Assembly: GCF_032191835.1 (NCBI RefSeq)
Contig: NC_083225.1
Location: 148,924,001-148,988,000, forward strand
DNA from: Heteronotia binoei
Lineage: Eukaryota
Length of the DNA stretch: 64,000 nucleotides
Direction: 5' to 3'
In this document: one piece after another, positions 33,985 through 45,346 of the stretch
How the letters are laid out: each line of letters begins with the position of its first letter
How positions within the stretch are numbered: position 1 is the stretch's first letter
The notes under the pieces: generated by a model
What the model was told of the DNA's origin: nothing
What the model saw: the letters and a program-made list of their open reading frames with translations, nothing else
Databases searched by the model: none
Position numbers and translations under genes: made by a program

Positions 33985-34790
33985 AGAAGAGGCCATATTA
34001 AATTCCCTATGATGGAGATTCCATAGATGTGGTGCTATCACCAAAAAGGCCTTCTCCACACAATTTCAGAACCACATAATTTCAGATGCTTGAACCCACA
34101 GATGGCCTTCAGATAATGACCTAAAAGTTCAGGTGCATTCCAATGGAAATATGAAGTATTACTTGTATTCTGATCCTGGGATGTTTAAGGTTTTATAGAT
34201 CAACAACAGTACTTACACTTGGCTCAAAAATCAACTGACAATGGAGGAAGATCCAAAGAGAAATACTTTTGTTGTTCCCATCTCCTGTTATCACTGCTGC
34301 AGCTACATTGGTGGTTTCTGAATGCTCTTCAAAGGCAGCCCATGAGAAGAGCTTTCCAATGGTATAACAGGGAATTTACAAGAGTACAGTCTCTGCATCT
34401 TGAGAGAAGAAACAACAAACATGCCAGACAAAGCTGACAGCAGACATTCTTGGCTACAACCTTGGTTTGGACATTAAAAGCAAGTCTGAGTTTAGGAGAA
34501 CCCCAGTTTTTAAGGGTAACACCATCCAACTGTAAACTTAGGCCACACCCTCATCAAAATCTCCTTTAAATACTGTTGTCTTTAACCTTGAAAAATTACT
34601 TAGAGCAAAAGCACCAACTAGCGACGCAGAAGCACTCATCAGTTCAGCACCTTCCCTATTCTCTGCTCACAAACAAGGAGTCAATTTTTCTATGATTAGT
34701 TTCGACAGTTGACTGATTTGTGGCTTTTTGAAGGCAGTTTCATCATATTCCTTCCTAATACATTATTGAACCATCCAAAATAAACCCACA
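33985..34790 (-). mobile_element. Old L2 LINE remnant
   Basis: Degenerate L2 ORF2 C-terminal signature (similar to DYCNALYMGLP at ~34330-34375); boundaries approximate. Confidence 0.5.
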
Positions 34791-36333
34791 AGACCTTGCC
34801 ACTGAAAACCCTATGGGGTTGCCATAAGTCACCTATAATTTGACGGTGGCAACAACAAATGTTGTAATGTCTGGGTTTTGTTGTTAGTTACAGTGAGCCA
34901 CCATTTCCCCTGATACACCACTGGATGGCTTTCTGAGCTTTCTTTCCTCTCCTCCTAAATTGCCAAATTTTCATCTTTCATTTTTAGAAGTCTCTACCTC
35001 TTCCACTGCACAGTTATAAGGAGAAATGTTTTGTATGTATATTTCCCCTTTTATCTCTACAAGAATGGAGACTAGAGATTTACTTATGGTAAGAAAACAC
35101 TAAGAAAGCTAAGACTTCAGTGATTGTGGCAGTACATCATTAAACCTTAGCTTTAAACTATGTAACATCAATTCCCAGTGATTTAAGGGGGTGTCACCAC
35201 AAAGAGTGGTGGTACACTAGGTGAAAATGCAGGGGGGATAGCTTGCTAGGTAGGCACAGTCATAGATAGCATCTATATTTTAGAAAATCAAATGATTTTA
35301 TGTTCATCTAAGAAGTCCTGAATTAATAGCTACAAATATGTTCAGATTACCAGCACACAGTTGGGAGGAGGAGATATGAAACTGTTCAGCAGAAGTTTGA
35401 GTCACAGGCATTTGTTGCCAACTGATGGGAGTGGATAGTAAGTTCATATCTGGTTATCTCATTTGAACATGGTAAGTTGGACTGTCAGACATGTTCTTCA
35501 TGAAATCTGCTGCATCCCTAGAGTTAATTTGCAGGAAGATGACTGAATCCCCTGCAGCAAAAGAGAAGCAAACTGTACTTGTTGTACAGCTGTGCATTTG
35601 TTTCATGGGGGGGGGGGGGGAGAGAAACAATTGAAAATGCTGAGTATGTTCTTGTGGTCTGACTTTCCATGAAAATGATGGTCATTTGTTAATTAAAGGT
35701 ACAAGGAAAGTTGATAAAATGTGAACCCCTCAGAGAGACAGCAGAGCTAGTATAAAGGCTGCAGCTAAACCTGGTTGTCAAAGGAAATCTTTCTTCCACT
35801 CCTCTGATTTATCTTCTTTCATTTTCTTGCAATTAAGTATTTTTCTTGGTCACAGAGGGGAGAAGGATTATAGGTTTTGTGGGTTTATTTTGGATGCTTC
35901 AGTAATCAAGCATGGCTTTTTCCTTCCTTTTCCCACACTTGCATAGCTTTTAACAAACAGTTTCTAAATAAACTGGGATACTTCAGAGACACAATGTCTC
36001 TAGCAGCCAGAAATCAACATAGTATTTTTTATTGAAGTTATTATATCTCAACACAATAGTTTTCTGACCTTATAATTCATATATAATCCATTTGCTTTGT
36101 AAAAAGCATGTATTTGTAATAGTTTACCTAGGAATGAGATTGACCTTAAACTATCTTGTATGATCTGATAGCATTTGGGAATGGATGCTATTTGCTGTGC
36201 AAATGTGACCCAGAAGCTGTACTTCCTGTTCCTCATGCTTCGAGTGTTAGGTGCCAAAAATATGTGCATGGTGGCTGGGATCTTGGCTCAGATTGGAGTG
36301 GCTAATTTTTTCTGTCATTTTAAGAGGAAGGAT

Positions 36334-36531
36334 CAGGGCTTTCTTTGTAGAAAAAGCCCAGCAGGAACTCATTTGCATATTAGGCCACACCCCCTGACAT
36401 CACCATTGTTTCGCATAGGGTTTTTTGTAGAAAAGGCTCGGCAGGACCTCATTTGCATATTAGGTCACACCCCCTGGCACAAAGCCAGCTGGAAATGCGT
36501 TCCTGTGTGTTCCTGCTCAAAAAAAGTCCTG
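36334..36531. mobile_element. hAT-type MITE carrying two octamer motifs
   Basis: Perfect 8-bp TSD GGAAGGAT; termini CAGGGCTTT / AAAGTCCTG; ATTTGCAT at 36371 and 36451. Confidence 0.88.
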
Positions 36532-37371
36532 GGAAGGATGTTTCCTCTTTACCACACTGGGCATAGAAAATGATGGTAAGTGTGAGAACCTACTCTCAGA
36601 TCACAAATGTACAGAACTGGAGAAAATGCAGGGAGGATAGCTTGCTATGTAGATGCAGCCTTGAATTAGGAGAACTGCTGCACTCCAGTTATGCAAATAT
36701 GAAGTTACAGTGATCTTACAAGAATTGCTACACAGGCTTCAGCCATTGTTTCTCTAGCTGGAGCTGTCTGGTCCAACAGTATGGGTAGCCCAGTTTCGAT
36801 CTAGTGCCTTGGACTTCTCTAGTTCTATAGGAGCTGCAAAGCAACAGTCCCTGTAGTTCCCAATAGCATAGGAAGAAAAAAATATGTGTGAGGGCATCAT
36901 GACTTGTGGATTTTTTCAGAAAAATATATTTTGATGACTTTCTATATAAAGATCTTTGTAATCATCTGGCAGCTAAATCCATTCAGTCCCATGAGAGTAT
37001 CCAAGATGAGCTTAGTTTCTCAGCTGTCACATGAGGACCAGTCATCAGCAATCAAGCTTGGCATTCTCTTGGCATTCATTTGCTGGCTGAGGCACTAAAT
37101 TCATGCCAGATCTCTTCACAAGGCATGTTCACACATTTGATGTGGATGTCACCATGGAGCAAACATCACCAGGATCATAGGGAGACAATGAATGGCAGAG
37201 GAACAGGTCAGAAGAAATTGTGGCTTCGTCGCTCAACCCAGTGCATCTCTAGTTTGAAATTTAACAGGCCTGTAATGTTTGGAATTATTTACCATGCTAA
37301 CCTTCCAGTTGTGAATCTCCAGAGCTTTTTTTGAGCAGGAATGCACAGGAACACAGTGTATGTATTCTTAG

Positions 37372-37453
37372 GATTTACAAATTTACAAAATTTACAAAAA
37401 ATTACAAAAATTTACAAAAAATTTACAAAAATTTACAAAAAATTTTACAAATT
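37372..37453. repeat. (AAAATTTAC)n-like minisatellite
   Basis: About 8 units with variable A-run length. Confidence 0.85.
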
Positions 37454-37865
37454 ACCCGTTCCTTAGCACTGTAAAATATAAGGGAATGTCTGCATACTGG
37501 AAATTCTATCATTGCACCCTGTGGAGATTGTAGCATGTGAACCAACTCCAAGTTCATGTAGTCAATCAAATTAACTCAGTTTTAAACTCAGCTGCCATCT
37601 GATTCTATCAGAACTGTTGGCTGCATAATTTAATTTAAATCTTGCTGTGGAAATGCCTTTTTCTGCAGTGCTCATGCGTATTGTGTGTGTGTTTTCTGTC
37701 TGTGTAACAGAATCAGCCAGCCCAGCCTAGAGTTTAAGAAGGTTGTTAGACAATTAATATGATTCAGATTTCTATACTGTCTTGATTTAACGACAGGATT
37801 GCTGATTCCATTTTAGGACATTCCTGGATATCTGCAGGCAGTGTTTGGATAGGGAAGGGAGCTCA

Positions 37866-38160
37866 GGAAAGGAAAGGTCCCCTGTGCAAGCACCAGTCGT
37901 TTCTGACTCAGGGGTGACATTGCATCATGACGTTTTCATGGCAGACTTTTTATGGGGTGGTTTGCCATTGCCTTCCCCAGTCATCTACACTTTCCCCCCA
38001 ACAAGCTGGGTACTCATTTTACCGACCTCGGAAGGATGGAAGGCTGAGTCAACTTTGAGCCGGCTACCTGAATCCAGCTTCTGCCGGAATCGAACTCAGG
38101 TCAAGAGCAGAGAGTTCAGACCGCAATACTGCAGCTTTACCACTCTGCACCACAGGGCTC
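37866..38160 (-). mobile_element. Sauria SINE, full length
   Basis: GGTACTCATTTTACCGACCTCGGAAGGATGGAAGGCTGAGTCAAC core; tRNA-like head at the 38160 end; (GGAAA)n tail; sits inside a TAGGGTTGCCA-family MITE remnant. Confidence 0.9.
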
Positions 38161-38370
38161 AATGGAGATGTAAAACCATATAGTCCATCCTCCAGACCTG
38201 CCACTTTCTCCAAGGAAACTGATGTATGTCATCTGGACCTCAGTTGTCATCCTGGGAGAACTCCTGGCTCCACTTAGAGGTTGGCAATGCTATTTAAGGA
38301 CCAGATGATACACTCAGCAGAATCAAGCAGTAAAGATTTTTTCTGGACTGGATTGGTAGAGTTTTATAAA

Positions 38371-38675
38371 GCCAGTTTGGTATAATGGTTAAGTGCACAG
38401 ACCCTTATCTGGGAGAACTGGGTTTGATTCCTCACTCCTCCACTTGCAGCTGCTGGGTTTGATTCCCCACTCTTCCACTTGCAGCTGCTGGAATGGCTTT
38501 GGGTCAGCCATAGCTCTCACAGAGTTGTCCTTGAAAGGGCAACTTCACGGAGAGCTCTCTCAGTCCCACTCACCTCACAGGGTTTTTTGTGGGGGAGGAA
38601 GGTAAAGGAGATTGTGAGCCGCTCTGGGACTCTGAGGTTCAGAGTGAAGGGCGGGATATGAATCCAATCATCATT

Positions 38676-38719
<44 letters not shown>

Positions 38720-38742
38720 CATCATCACCATCTTCTTCTTCT
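38371..38742 (+). mobile_element. Squam3-like SINE with a 35-bp internal tandem duplication and expanded (ATC)n tail
   Basis: 38418-38452 duplicated at 38453-38487 (includes the B box); (ATC)n at ~38668-38730. Confidence 0.9.
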
Positions 38743-38912
38743 ATCTGAATAGAATAAAAAACTTCTCTGCACATAGAAAAAGAAGAAGGTATATGCAAGA
38801 ATTTTTTTAAAACAGATGGGACTCTTAAATATGAGATCCTTCACTTCTATCCCCAACTATTATAATCCTAAGAGAGCCTTATCATTTCATTGGCTCAATG
38901 TATAAAGTGGCT

Positions 38913-38963
38913 TTGTCCATGGGCTCGCAGAGTCGGACTCGACTGTGTGACTGAACAACAAAA
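38913..38963 (+). mobile_element. BovB/Sauria-type 3' stub (~50 bp)
   Basis: CCATGGGCTCGCAGAGTCGGACTCGACTG...GACTGAACAACAA; 11-bp TSD ATAAAGTGGCT (38902-38912, 38964-38974). Confidence 0.8.
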
Positions 38964-39804
38964 ATAAAGTGGCTAGTCTGTCTATTACATGCACACTATC
39001 CAACCAGAACACCTAGCCTATGTTCATGCCACTCTGTGTTGTCTCAGGTTGCCTTTTCAGTGCACAGTTGCCCACAGTCACCTTGCTTAAAACTTTGAAA
39101 GATGGATCTTTTAGATGATCCTTTGATTTCTTGAGAAATCTGAATAAAATGTCTATGCTTATACCTAATAATATGCAGCCTACGTCTCCATAGTTATTTT
39201 ATTTATTTAAGGTAACAAAATAGATCAAAATAACAAAAAAAATTAAAATTACAGCATCAAATAAAGCACATTAAACTAACTGAAGCACAATATGATCTGG
39301 GGTGTCATTCTCCATCTTCCTTAGCTACTTACTAAAACTGACTTTACTAGAACCTGTCTGGGGAAGAGAGTTCCAAAGCCATTCCTAAGAAGACACTTCT
39401 TCTGTCATCATTCGCCTATCTGTGAGGCCCTAAAGAAGATTTTCCATTGATGATCATAGTAAACAAGCATGTTATATGGGAAGAAAATCATACTTCTCCC
39501 GTGTGGTATAATATATTAGGAGCCTGGCCTTCTGTTGCTTTTGTACTTTAAGTAGTTTATGGCTGTAGGGAGCTTGGGATAGAGAATACACCACCATCTT
39601 AGATTTCTGTATTGGCACTGTAAATCTTGCCTGTTGTTGGCAAGAAGAATATAATCAAGAGCATGGCATGGTAGAAGCATACACTGCAAAAAGATGTAGC
39701 AGTTTGTGCATGTGATCAAATGTGGGGCTTTCACCATTTTTAATATATATAACAACAACCTTTTAGGGAGAAACATATTTATTAAGGTGGTTTTTTCATA
39801 TACA

Positions 39805-39995
39805 CAGGGCTTTTGTTGAGCAGGAACACAGTTCCAGCTGGCTTGGTGCTGGGAGTGTGGCCTAATATGCAAATGAGCTTCCACTGGGCTTTTTCTACAC
39901 AAAAATGTCCTGCGTGAAACAATGCTGGTGTCAGGGGGTGTGGCCTAATATACAAATGAGTTCCTGCTGGGCTTTTTTCTACAAAAAAAGCCCTG
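39805..39995. mobile_element. hAT-type octamer MITE (inverse of 36334)
   Basis: TSD CATATACA/CATGTACA (7/8); ATGCAAAT at 39867. Confidence 0.85.
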
Positions 39996-40216
39996 CATGT
40001 ACATATAGGGAAACATGGAATCCTACTATAACAATAAGACAGGTAACTTCCTATAAAAATAGAAACATTTAAGATAACAAAAAGGGAGGACTTGCTGAAA
40101 TATACCTCACAGAGTATTTTGAAATATAGCTTATAAAGAATTTAAAAATGGCCAGACTGGCTGACCATGAATGTTTTGCTTCCCCTATAAGTGAAGACTA
40201 CTTATTTTCTGATACT

Positions 40217-40640
40217 CAGGGCTTTTTTCATAGAAAACGCCCAGCAGAAACTCATTTGCATATTATTTATTTATTTATTTTATTATTTTAGTCCATCTGT
40301 ATTCCACCCTTTCCCAGGAACGGGCTCAGGGTGGATAACATCATAATAAAATAACAATTAAAAATATACAATTAAAAAGCAGGATAATATAAAACAATAT
40401 AATAAACTGCAAATAAGTTATAAACAAATTATGGATGGCAACGCAATTGGATACATTTTACAATATACTGAAAGTCTGTAACTGTAATTAAGAAGAGATG
40501 ATGGTAACGCAGCTGATGATATCACAGCAAAGAGGCCGGTCGATGGAATAGGATGCCTGCTGCCTCAACCGAAGGCCCAGCAGAATAGCTCTGTTTTACC
40601 GGCCACACCCCCTGGCACCAAGCCAGCCTGAACTGCGTAT
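40217..40640. mobile_element. Octamer MITE split by an L2 3' end
   Basis: ...ATTTGCATATTA | insert | GGCCACACCC... resumes at 40601. Confidence 0.7.
40266..40600 (-). mobile_element. L2 LINE 3' end
   Basis: Minus strand ...KTELFCWAFG* ORF end; CCACCCTGAGCCC...GGGTGGAAT and (AAAT)n tail. Confidence 0.75.
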
Positions 40641-41988
40641 TTGTATTTGTTACTCTAGTGCCATTGCTCCTAAGATACTAGCAATCCCTAAGCCAGTGTT
40701 TTATTAGTGCTATTGGCAGGAAGTTTCCAAGTTTGACTATGGATTTAGGCACTGCTTTTTTCTTGTCACTCTTTTTCCCCTTTCTAGAGATGACTGCAGA
40801 CAGACAGACAGAGAGAAGACTTTAAAGAAAAATATGTCTGTACAGCTCTGTACAGACATACAATGCAGATCTGGAATTATACAAAACTGCTGTGAACAAT
40901 TTTCCTTCTCCCTAAATAAGCAGACATGAATTGGAAAAGATCACTCTGGGGATTTGTTCATTTTTTTCTTATCACAAATGACTAGAAATGTGGTAAATCA
41001 TTTCAAAGCCATGTACAGGAGAAATACTCTGAACATGTGGCCTTTTTACTTTTCAAGTGATAAGACTAAGCACAGTGAATGGTGGGTGTACATTTATTCC
41101 TTATCAAAAAGGAGTAGAGAGGCCCATCAGGAACTTCTTTCTGGGCCTAATCAGTTCCCTTTCCCTGAGGAGACCAAGGCAGTTCTGCCTTGAAGAAGGG
41201 ACTGTGGGATGGGGAGGCCTTCTCACCTTCCTGCCAGCATCTGCAAGAACTGACTATGAACCAGAAAGGCAACTGTTGAAAAGGAGAATGTATGTTTATA
41301 ACGTTTCTGACAGATTTTGGTTGATGACCTCTGGAACTGTGGAAGGATTTCTTTCTCACAATCAGCAGAATCAAAATGGGGTTTCCACATAGCATTTAAT
41401 GCAGTTCTGCATTACATGTCACAATCCAGCAACAATCCTATTATGTTTACTGCATCAGGAAGATTGAATGAGATAGCAAGGCACCAGAATAACTTACAGA
41501 CTGGAAGGTCTCTCACTAGGGATGCTGGGATACCTATTAGTTATCCTTGTGTCCTGTTTGTCAGGCAATGTGTATAATATTCTGATACTGTTGCCACAAT
41601 CTATCAGATTCTCTGAATTATCAGTTTTGTTTTTAATAAAAATAAAATATATTTTTTTATTTACACCCCGCCCTCCCCGCCGAGGCAGGCTCAGGGCGGC
41701 TTTAAAAAGTTTCTATCCAATCTGCAACAACAAAAAGGCTTAGAGGCTTACTTATATTAAAAAAGCCAAAGCTGCAGATTCCAAGATGCTGGTAGATTGT
41801 GGCAATAAATTGTTAAAATGTTAGTGTGCATTAACAATTGCCAATTACAACCCCCCCCACACACACACACACCCCAGTTGTCTTGTGGCAAAGAGAAATG
41901 ATAGTACAGGGCCAAGGAAAATGCAGGGAAGCCTGCCGTGTTGAAGCAGCTGCATACACTTAAATCAAACATAAATCATACAAATCAG

Positions 41989-42157
41989 CAGGGGTGGAAT
42001 TCTAGCAGGAGCTCCTTTGCATATTTGGCCACACACCCCTGATGTAGCCAATCTTCCAAGAGCTTACAAGGCTCTTTTTTGAAAACTTGGAGGATTGGCT
42101 ACATCAGGGGTGTGTGGCCTAATATGCAAAGGAACTCCTACTAGAATTCCACCCCTG
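41989..42157. mobile_element. Palindromic hAT-type MITE
   Basis: TIR CAGGGGTGGAATTCTAG / CTAGAATTCCACCCCTG; perfect 8-bp TSD CAAATCAG. Confidence 0.9.
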
Positions 42158-42836
42158 CAAATCAGTCATAAATAAAAAATCCTGGTTTTTCTGAGTAGTT
42201 CTTAGCAATGTTAATGGCTGCCAGTCTGTTTGAATCAATAGTGTTTTGGTGCATGCACAACTTTGCTAAAACCCAATGCAAATCTGGTCGTCAGGCATTT
42301 GAGTCACTTGATGACAAACCCAACAGACTCAGAGACTGGCTCCCGTCTGATCATCACAGTCAAACAGAATCATTCTAGAGGGATTTGAAGCATTTACTGT
42401 ATTTATGAATGGGCATCATTCAGGTTGGATCTTGATTAGTAAAGTTTGAACGGTACATCCCCACAAGACATATCTTGTCCTATTAAATATAAGCCTTAGC
42501 TGAAAATTTGTGAAATTGCTTGGAAAACAGATGTATATGGAACATGTGTGGCTGGCCAGGTTTTACTATCTGCATAAATTTTACCAGAAAATAAAAAAAA
42601 GGATCTTCAGTGCTAAAATAATGCTGCCCAACCTTGTCTTCAGATGCCTTGCCTGAGATCCTGAATAAACTAATGCTGTTCTGTTACCTAAGAGGTGTCT
42701 TAGGGTTAACAGGGCACATCTTAGGATCAGCCTTCTCCAGATTGCTGATTTTCCCTAGAAAGTGCTTCACAGTGAACAGGCAGAAGAGCAGCAGGCTTTA
42801 TCTTGAAATGGAAAGACAAAGCAAACCATTGCTAAG

Positions 42837-43313
42837 TAGGGTTGCCAATCCCCAGGTGGGGCAGGGGATCCCCTGGTTTGGAGGCCACCCCCCGCTTCAG
42901 AGTCATCAGAAAGCGATGAGGGGGGGGATGTCTGCTGGGCACTCAATTATTCCCTATGGAGACTAATTCCCATAGGATATAATGGAAAATTAATCCATGG
43001 GTATATGGGGCTCTGGGGCGGCTGTTTATTGAGATAGAGACACCAAATTTTCAGCACAACATCCAGTGCCTTTCCTCAAAACACTCTTCAAGTTTTAAAA
43101 AGATTGGACGAGAGGGTCCAGTTCTATGGCCCCCAAAATAAGATGCCCTTATCCTTCATTATTTCCAATGGAGGGAAGGCATGTAAAAGGTTTGCAGTCT
43201 CTTCAAATGTGATGGCCAGAACTCCCTTTGGAGTTCAATTATGCTTGTCACACCCTTGCTCCAGGATCCACCCCTAAAGTCCCCAGATATTTCAATTGGA
43301 CTTGGCAACCCTG
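42837..43313. mobile_element. TAGGGTTGCCA-family hAT-type element
   Basis: TSD TTGCTAAG/CTGCTAAG (7/8), which places this family in the 8-bp-TSD (hAT) class. Confidence 0.85.
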
Positions 43314-43666
43314 CTGCTAAGAGACAGCTTGCTGAAAAATGGCTAGCACAGTGTAGACTTTTATTGAAATGCATATATGCAAGTTTAGAAATCATTTGCA
43401 GTTAAATAAGCCTGAATCAGTCTTACAAGTATTATTCAACACAAGGTTGAAAAGAAAAACAAAGACATCAACTATTAGGAGCCTGTGTAGCTTTGAATGG
43501 AGCTCAGGTCATTCTTCATTCTGTTCTGACTGAGGAGCTTTGACCTGGTGAACAGCTTCCTATTTTGAGTTTTTTTCTGGCTGGTCCACAGACATCTTCA
43601 TCTCACCTCTCCATCTATTTGGCTCTTCTTTGTTTTTTTCCAGCTCCCAAAATTCAGTCAAGATTT

Positions 43667-43852
43667 GGCCCTGACCTGGATAGTCCAAGCCCGATCTTGC
43701 CAGATCTCAGAAGCTAAGCAGGGCTGACCCTAGCAAGTATTTGGATAGGAGTCCTCCAGAGAATACCAGGTTCTGGAGGCAGAGGCAGGCTATCAAGCCA
43801 CTTCTCTGAATGTCCTCCATGCCCCAGTAGGAGTTTTCAGAGGTCACCATGA
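43667..43852 (+). mobile_element. 5S rRNA-derived SINE
   Basis: GATCTCAGAAGCTAAGCAGGG...AGTATTTGGATAGGAG...GAATAC 5S-like core. Confidence 0.75.
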
Positions 43853-45220
43853 CTTCCAGGCACATGTGTGCATGTGCATGCACACACACAAATGCAAAAA
43901 AAAAAAAAGACTCAACCATTTTGGTGTTCTTTACCTTTTTTTATCAAATTCTGTGGGGTATTGGCAATCAGTTTTGCATTTCATCATCTATATACAATAC
44001 TTTTAACACCAGCCTTGTAATCCTTCATATCATTATCTAGAATAGAACAGAGAGAGCCAATGTGGTGCTTTGACTAGGGAGAGCTAGGTTCAAATCCTCC
44101 CTGAGCCATGAAGCTTCACTTGGTTGCTGTGCCAATAGCATGGAAGGGATGAGGAAGCCATGTATGCTGCTCTGAGCTCCTTAGGGGAAATGCTAAGACA
44201 CATTTTATAAACTAGATAGAAGGCATGGTTTAGATGAGGGATGGTCAGCTTCTGCTAACTAAGGCCACTCCAAATAGTAATGCATGGTGGTCAGGCTATA
44301 ATAAAGTTGGCTTTACCATTTTGCAAGGGAAGGACCTAAAAGTTCTCCTTAAAGAGCAAATTTGTCCTTTCAGAATGTACATGGGATAGAGAGGAGTGCA
44401 GTACAATATCATTAATATAAAATAATATAGATTGATTGCAACTGGACAAGCAGCAATTAAATTGAAATTTGCCAATCAAGGCAAAAAGCAGCCTCTCTCT
44501 TTCCCAGTCCCAGGTCTTCATATCATCTCAAAGCAGGGGTGGAGTTGAAGCTCTTGCTGGTGGAATGAAGGGTGGACAATCTGCAGGTTAAGGTGACAAG
44601 ACCATCTTGGTGGTGGCCTGTTATGATATTTATGCGTCCTTGCACTTTTTGTTGCTTTGTTAGACCCCTTGACCTTCAGGAGATAAGTAGTGGTATAAAT
44701 ATTTTCAATCAATCAATTTATTCATACATATTTGTGCATGCTATCTGGCACTTTACAACCCATCCCAGAAGAAGAAAAAATTCCCTATTGCCTTTAATGG
44801 TGGAATCAACTGAGGAAACCATTTGTCATGTCCAGGATAAATTACTCCAAGTTAATATTTCTGTCTCTCACAAACAAGTTCTCAAAAGGCCTTCTCTTTT
44901 TGAAAAACTTGGCAACTCCTCAGATGGGAGGGCACTGTTTGAAGAGCCCCTGTCAGGTATTAAGGGCATGAGGAGGAAAAGAAAGAACTGATTCATGCTT
45001 GAATTTTGGCTTAGGAGTTATGTTTTTTTTAAAAAATCCTTGCAACTTGGACAGCATAGTGAACATACCAAAGAGACTGCAAAACACTAGATAAGAAAAT
45101 GCAGCTTCTGGTCCTGATATTTTGCCATTTAGGTTAAAAACACTACTGGCAATGGAGGTAGTGTCCCTCCTTCTGTGGTTTTAAAAGAAATGCTCAAACG
45201 TTTCTCTCATTGTACCAGCC

Positions 45221-45346
45221 CCGGAAGAAGAATTGCTTATCTGGCAATAACCTACTGGGCTTACCATGGCAACGTTAAAGTGCAGTTCAGATAATTTAAA
45301 TGTTGATTAGATAGAAACCTGAAAGGTCCGGAACTGAAAAGTAAGA
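45221..45346 (+). promoter_or_regulatory. Candidate promoter: ETS + X-box-like + ETS
   Basis: CCGGAAG at 45221, CTTACCATGGCAAC at 45260-45273, CCGGAA at 45328, donor-like GTAAGA at 45341; motifs only. Confidence 0.3.

Noticed and set aside
38517-38810. Poly-Asp and poly-Ile ORFs
   Set aside because: Translation of the (ATC)n SINE tail
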